This document shows positions 59,937-64,000 of a stretch of DNA of 64,000 nucleotides, piece after piece. The notes beneath the pieces are model-generated. The model was not told the origin of the DNA. It did no database searches and saw only the letters and a list, made by a program, of their open reading frames with translations. Each line of letters opens with the position of its first letter. The stretch's first letter is position 1. The DNA is from Macrostomum lignano (lineage: Eukaryota). The position numbers were made by a program, and so were the translations under genes. The stretch is from positions 372,001-436,000 of the forward strand of contig NIVC01000671.1 in NCBI GenBank assembly GCA_002269645.1, written 5' to 3'.

Positions 59937-61959
59937 GTAAGTCATTCTTTGTAAATTAGGTCTGCTTATTTTCTTGTAAGGCTTTTTGAAATTCATTTTT
60001 AATGCTCACTTGTAGTTTACTGATATAATATATTGTCAATGCAATTTATTTCTTTATTGCCTCCTACATCCCCTCCCTTCATTCTTCCCTCCCTTCATTC
60101 TTCCCTTCCTTCATTCCCTCCCTTCATTCTTCCCTCCCTTCATTCTTCCCTTCATTCTTCCCTTCCTTCATTCCCTCCCTTCATTCTTCCCTCCCTTCAT
60201 TCTTCCTTCTCTTCATTCTTCCCTCCCTTCATTCTTCCCTCCCCTCATTCTTCTCTTCATTCCTTCATTCTTACCTTCATTCCTTCATTCCCTCCCTTCA
60301 TTCTTCCCTCCCTTCATTCTTCCCTCCCTTCATTCTTCTCTTCATTCCTTCATTCTTACCTTCATTCCTTCATTCCCTCCCTTCATTCTTCCCTTCCTTC
60401 CTTCATTCCCTCCTTTCATTCTTCCCTTCATTCCTTCATTCCCTCCCTTCATTCCCTCCATTCTTCCCTTCATTCCCTTTTTTCCATTCATTCATTCTCC
60501 CCTTATTTCTTCCCTTCAATCTCCTACCCGAATCGCAGGTTCATCTACGAAACCGAGCGCCACAACGGCATCGCCGAGCTGCTGGAGATTCTGGGCAGCA
60601 TCATCAACGGTTTCGCCTTGCCGCTCAAAGAGGAGCACAAAGTGTTCCTGCTGCGCGTCCTGCTGCCGCTGCACAAAGTGAAATCGCTGAGCGTCTATCA
60701 CCCGCAGCTGGCCTACTGCGTGGTGCAGTTCCTAGAGAAGGACCACACCCTCACCCAGCCTGTGCTGCTTGGCCTGCTCAAATTCTGGCCAAAAGTTCAC
60801 TCGCCCAAAGAGGTAATGTTTCTCAACGAGCTCGAAGAGATCTTGGACGTTATCGAGCCGGCCGAGTTCCAGAAAGTCATCCAGCCGCTTTTCGGCCAGC
60901 TGTCCAAGTGCGTCAGCTCGCCTCACTTTCAGGTGAGTTAAATTGTCCTCACGACTGAACTATAATTCAGAATATCCTATTCGACATCCTTACTGTTCCG
61001 AACTAATAAATCCCATGTGCCATTGTCCCGTTCCAAAAATCCCTTTACTGAAACTCAAATATCCCATTAGTCACCGTCCTACTCCTGGCATCCAAAAGAT
61101 GCCATTCAGCATTATCCCAACTGGAATTATCAATATCCCATTCAGCATTATCCCAACTGAAATAATCATATCCCATTCCAGAATTATCCCAACGGAAATT
61201 ATCAAGATCCCATTCCAGAATTATCCCTAGAGAACTTATCAAGATCCCATTTAGCATTATCCCAATGGGAGTTATCAAGATCCCATTCAGCATTATCCCA
61301 ATGAGATTTATCAGGATGCCATTCAGCATTATTCCAATGGGATTTATCAAGATGCCATTCAGCATTATCCCAATGGGATTTATCAAGATCCCATTCAGCA
61401 TTATCCAATGGGATTTATCAAGATCCCATTCAGCATTATCCCAATGGGAGTTATCAAGATCCCATTCAGCATTATCCAATGGGATTTATCAAGATGCCAT
61501 TCAGCATTATCCCAATGGGAGTTATCAAGATCCCATTCAGCATTATCCCAATGGAATCTATCAAGATCCCATCCGGCATTATCCCAAACCCAGGTGGCCG
61601 AGCGCGCCCTGTACTTCTGGAACAACGAGTACGTGCTGTCGCTGATGTCGGAGAACGTGCGCGAAGTGCTGCCTATAGTGTTCCCGGCTCTGTACCAGAC
61701 CAAGCAGCATTGGAACAAGACAATTCATGGACTGATTTACAATGCGCTCAAGCTGCTGATGGAGATGAACCAGCGCCTGTTCGACGAGTGCACCAATCGG
61801 TACAAAGAGGAACGGCAGCGCGAGGCACTGGAAGCGGCCAGGAGAGAGCAGGCCTGGGCAGCCATTAACAGCAAGGCGATGCAGAATCCTCTGTTTGATA
61901 ATTTCTCCGGACCCGCTGACGGTCAACTGGACGGCATGGGAGACAATGGGAGCGCCTGA
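59077..61959 (+). CDS. PPP2R5: PP2A 56-kDa regulatory subunit B'/B56 (gamma/delta-like), spliced, about 539 aa
   Basis: Exons 59077(or 59084)-59936, 60539-60932 and 61594-61959 join in phase. Motifs [91 protein letters not shown]. Confidence 0.95.
60060..60520. repeat. CCTTCATTCTTCCCT-type pyrimidine minisatellite
   Basis: Fills PP2A intron 59937-60538. Confidence 0.9.
60539..60932 (+). CDS. PPP2R5: PP2A B56 exon
   Basis: aatcgcag|GTTCAT...TTTCAG|gtgagt. Confidence 0.95.
61095..61590. repeat. 35/36-bp minisatellite (CATTCAGCATTATCCCAATGGGATTTATCAAGATCC)
   Basis: About 14 units grading into the acceptor at 61593. Confidence 0.9.
61594..61959 (+). CDS. PPP2R5: PP2A B56 last exon
   Basis: aaacccag|GTGGCC; [13 protein letters not shown]...; TGA at 61957-61959. 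Confidence 0.9.
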   Translation: MAERALYFWNNEYVLSLMSENVREVLPIVFPALYQTKQHWNKTIHGLIYNALKLLMEMNQRLFDECTNRYKEERQREALEAARREQAWAAINSKAMQNPLFDNFSGPADGQLDGMGDNGSA

Positions 61960-62904
61960 GCTTGGGATTAATTTTCGGTGTGCCAAAAGGCATTAATGAT
62001 TAATAATAATGCCGGAAGATTGCTTTTTCAAAAAGATTTGGATGGCAGATACATTGGTCAGTTAGCACTTTTTACAGTTTCCCTGCGTGTGACTACTCTC
62101 TGGTCAGTAGTATAATTTGCATATAAAATTCAGCTGATAAGATAAGAAATAATTATATCTTCAATTTTTGTTATTTTTATACTACTCACAGCTGCTCCCC
62201 TAAGAGTAGTATGAGCGTAGTGATTCGGGCTAAATTCATCGTAAGCAAACCGGCTCTTCTTGATTTTGTTTCAAGACAAAGCTAAAAAATTTTCTGTCTC
62301 AAGTTTATCTCACATTTTTGTTTACCTCAAGTCTCAGTTCTGTGTGCAATTATTTTCTAAATAACAGTTTGTTTCATTTTTCCGCTTACCTACTAAGTTC
62401 CCAATGTGTCTGGCCCTTCAAATACAAATACTTTTGCGCACTCCAGTAATATTTGCAAAATTGTTTCATTTGTAATCTATCTAATCCAAGAGTGCGCACA
62501 TGCTGGTAGCTACTTTCGAGTAGCTAGTTGCGCGCGTCAATGGAGTTTCTTTCTGTAAAACAAACTGATCTCTCGCTTCTGTTTTTTGTGTCTTAATCTA
62601 TAGAATTGAATTTATTTTAGAGCGATTAACAGTGTATTTTAGTTTGCTCAAAGCTGCCTATTATATAGTAATTAAAATATGCAGTATGTTTGCGTTCTAT
62701 TGATTAATTTCATTTCTTTTCATTCTCAGTTCCAAGCTGCTCTCAACTGTTGTTTCAAAGTTCATTCATTGATGCCATGTGTTTGAACCTTTGAGCTTGG
62801 CTCTGTTCTCGAATAATTTTCTGTGAATTTTATAAACCTTTTCAAAACTGTTTTGGCTACTGATTTGCATTGGCATGGAGTGTGCCATTCCTTCGCACCT
62901 ATTC

Positions 62905-63290
62905 CCCCTCTCCCCTCTTCCTTCCCCCTCTCCCCTCTTCCTTCCCCTCTCCCCTCTTCCTTTCCCCTCTATTCCTTTCCCCTCTCCCCTCTTCTTTCCA
63001 TTGTCTTGAGGAAGATGGGAGAGGCCCCTCTTCCTTTCCCCTCCTCTCATTTCCCCTCTCCCCTCTCACTTTCCCCTCCTCTCATTTCCCCTCTCCCCTC
63101 TTCCTTTCCCCTCCTCTCATTTCCTCTCTCCCCTCTCACTTTCCCCTCCTCTCATTTCCCCTCTCCCCTCTTCCTTTCCCCTCCTCTCATTTCCTCTCTC
63201 CCCTCTCACTTTCCCCTCCTCTCATTTCCCCTCTCCCCTCTTCCTTTCCCCTCCTCTCATTTCCTCTCTCCCCTCTCACTTTCCCCTCTC
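62905..63290. repeat. about 35-bp pyrimidine-rich tandem repeat
   Basis: TTCCCCTCCTCTCATTTCC(C)CTCTCCCC units. Confidence 0.85.
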
Positions 63291-64000
63291 GTCAAGCAAT
63301 CTCTCAAGACGGTGTAATTAGAAATTGTTAACTTGCTGCTGCTGCGACTATAACATTTATATTATTGAGTGTTACGTATTTGATAAGATTGCTTTCTTTT
63401 TGCAGTTACAGTCGGTGTCGTTAAGCACATGCATTGTATAGTGAAAATTAGTATTAGTAATAAACATACTACTATTGGTGCGCGTAGCGATGAGCTGCAT
63501 TATAAATTGAAATATATATATCGAAGCTATGCTAAACTCTTAGTTAAATAGTTGGATACGGTAGTCAAACACAATGCTTAATTTAGTAGCTACGCGAGTT
63601 CTCGCTAAGCAATTATATCCAATTATTTTATTTACACTGTCAAACAAAGCTCTCAGCCTGCCTGCAACCCGTGCGATTTCAATCAATAAAATTTTAATTG
63701 TATGTAAAAATTAGCGTTATCATATATGCATTCGTTTACTTGTTAGCATCTAATATATGGGCATGTATGCGAATATATATTACAATTGATGTATTGATTT
63801 ACTACTGAACAGTTAGTAATATATGCCAGGTGTTTGCCGTGATGCGCATGAGTTAATACTATTATTATTATGTCTCCAAAAATACATCCGATATGCTGCA
63901 TAATCTTCTTTGTCGCTAAGATTGGCTTCTCAGTATGTTTATTCTGAATGATAAGTGCACCGGCTTTTCCCGACCTCAAATTTACGGGTTAAACATTTGT

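Overview
Eukaryotic (animal) genomic DNA with GC-rich exons, GT-AG introns and very dense intronic minisatellites. The overall style resembles a Macrostomum-like flatworm, but that is inference only. Four host genes were spliced together by hand with consistent exon phases: (1) the 3' part of a SUEL/rhamnose-binding-lectin single-pass membrane protein (EVA-1-like, +, 271-4865); (2) casein kinase 1 gamma (-, 8870-19012, 7 coding exons); (3) a CNNM/DUF21-CBS-CNBH metal transporter (-, 34421-44692, 7 exons); (4) a PP2A B56 regulatory subunit (+, about 59077-61959). The main discovery is an 8.7-kb DNA transposon at 21376-30062, bounded by 16-bp TAGGG-type TIRs and an exact 7-bp TSD (ACATATG). It encodes an apparently intact 6-exon, about 1138-aa DDE/CxxH (hAT-like) transposase ending in an RG-rich tract and a Spindlin (Spin/Ssty)-like Tudor domain. 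It also carries two small cargo ORFs, one with a duplicated INWSxLLDxVL motif conserved mainly through synonymous change. The window also shows sharply bounded blocks of CpG-to-TpG/CpA/TpA decay, nested SINEs, several MITEs, a decayed LINE RNase H fragment and about 25 private minisatellite arrays. Most long ORFs in the supplied track are repeat artefacts. All alignments and family assignments were made by eye or from memory; no database search was run.
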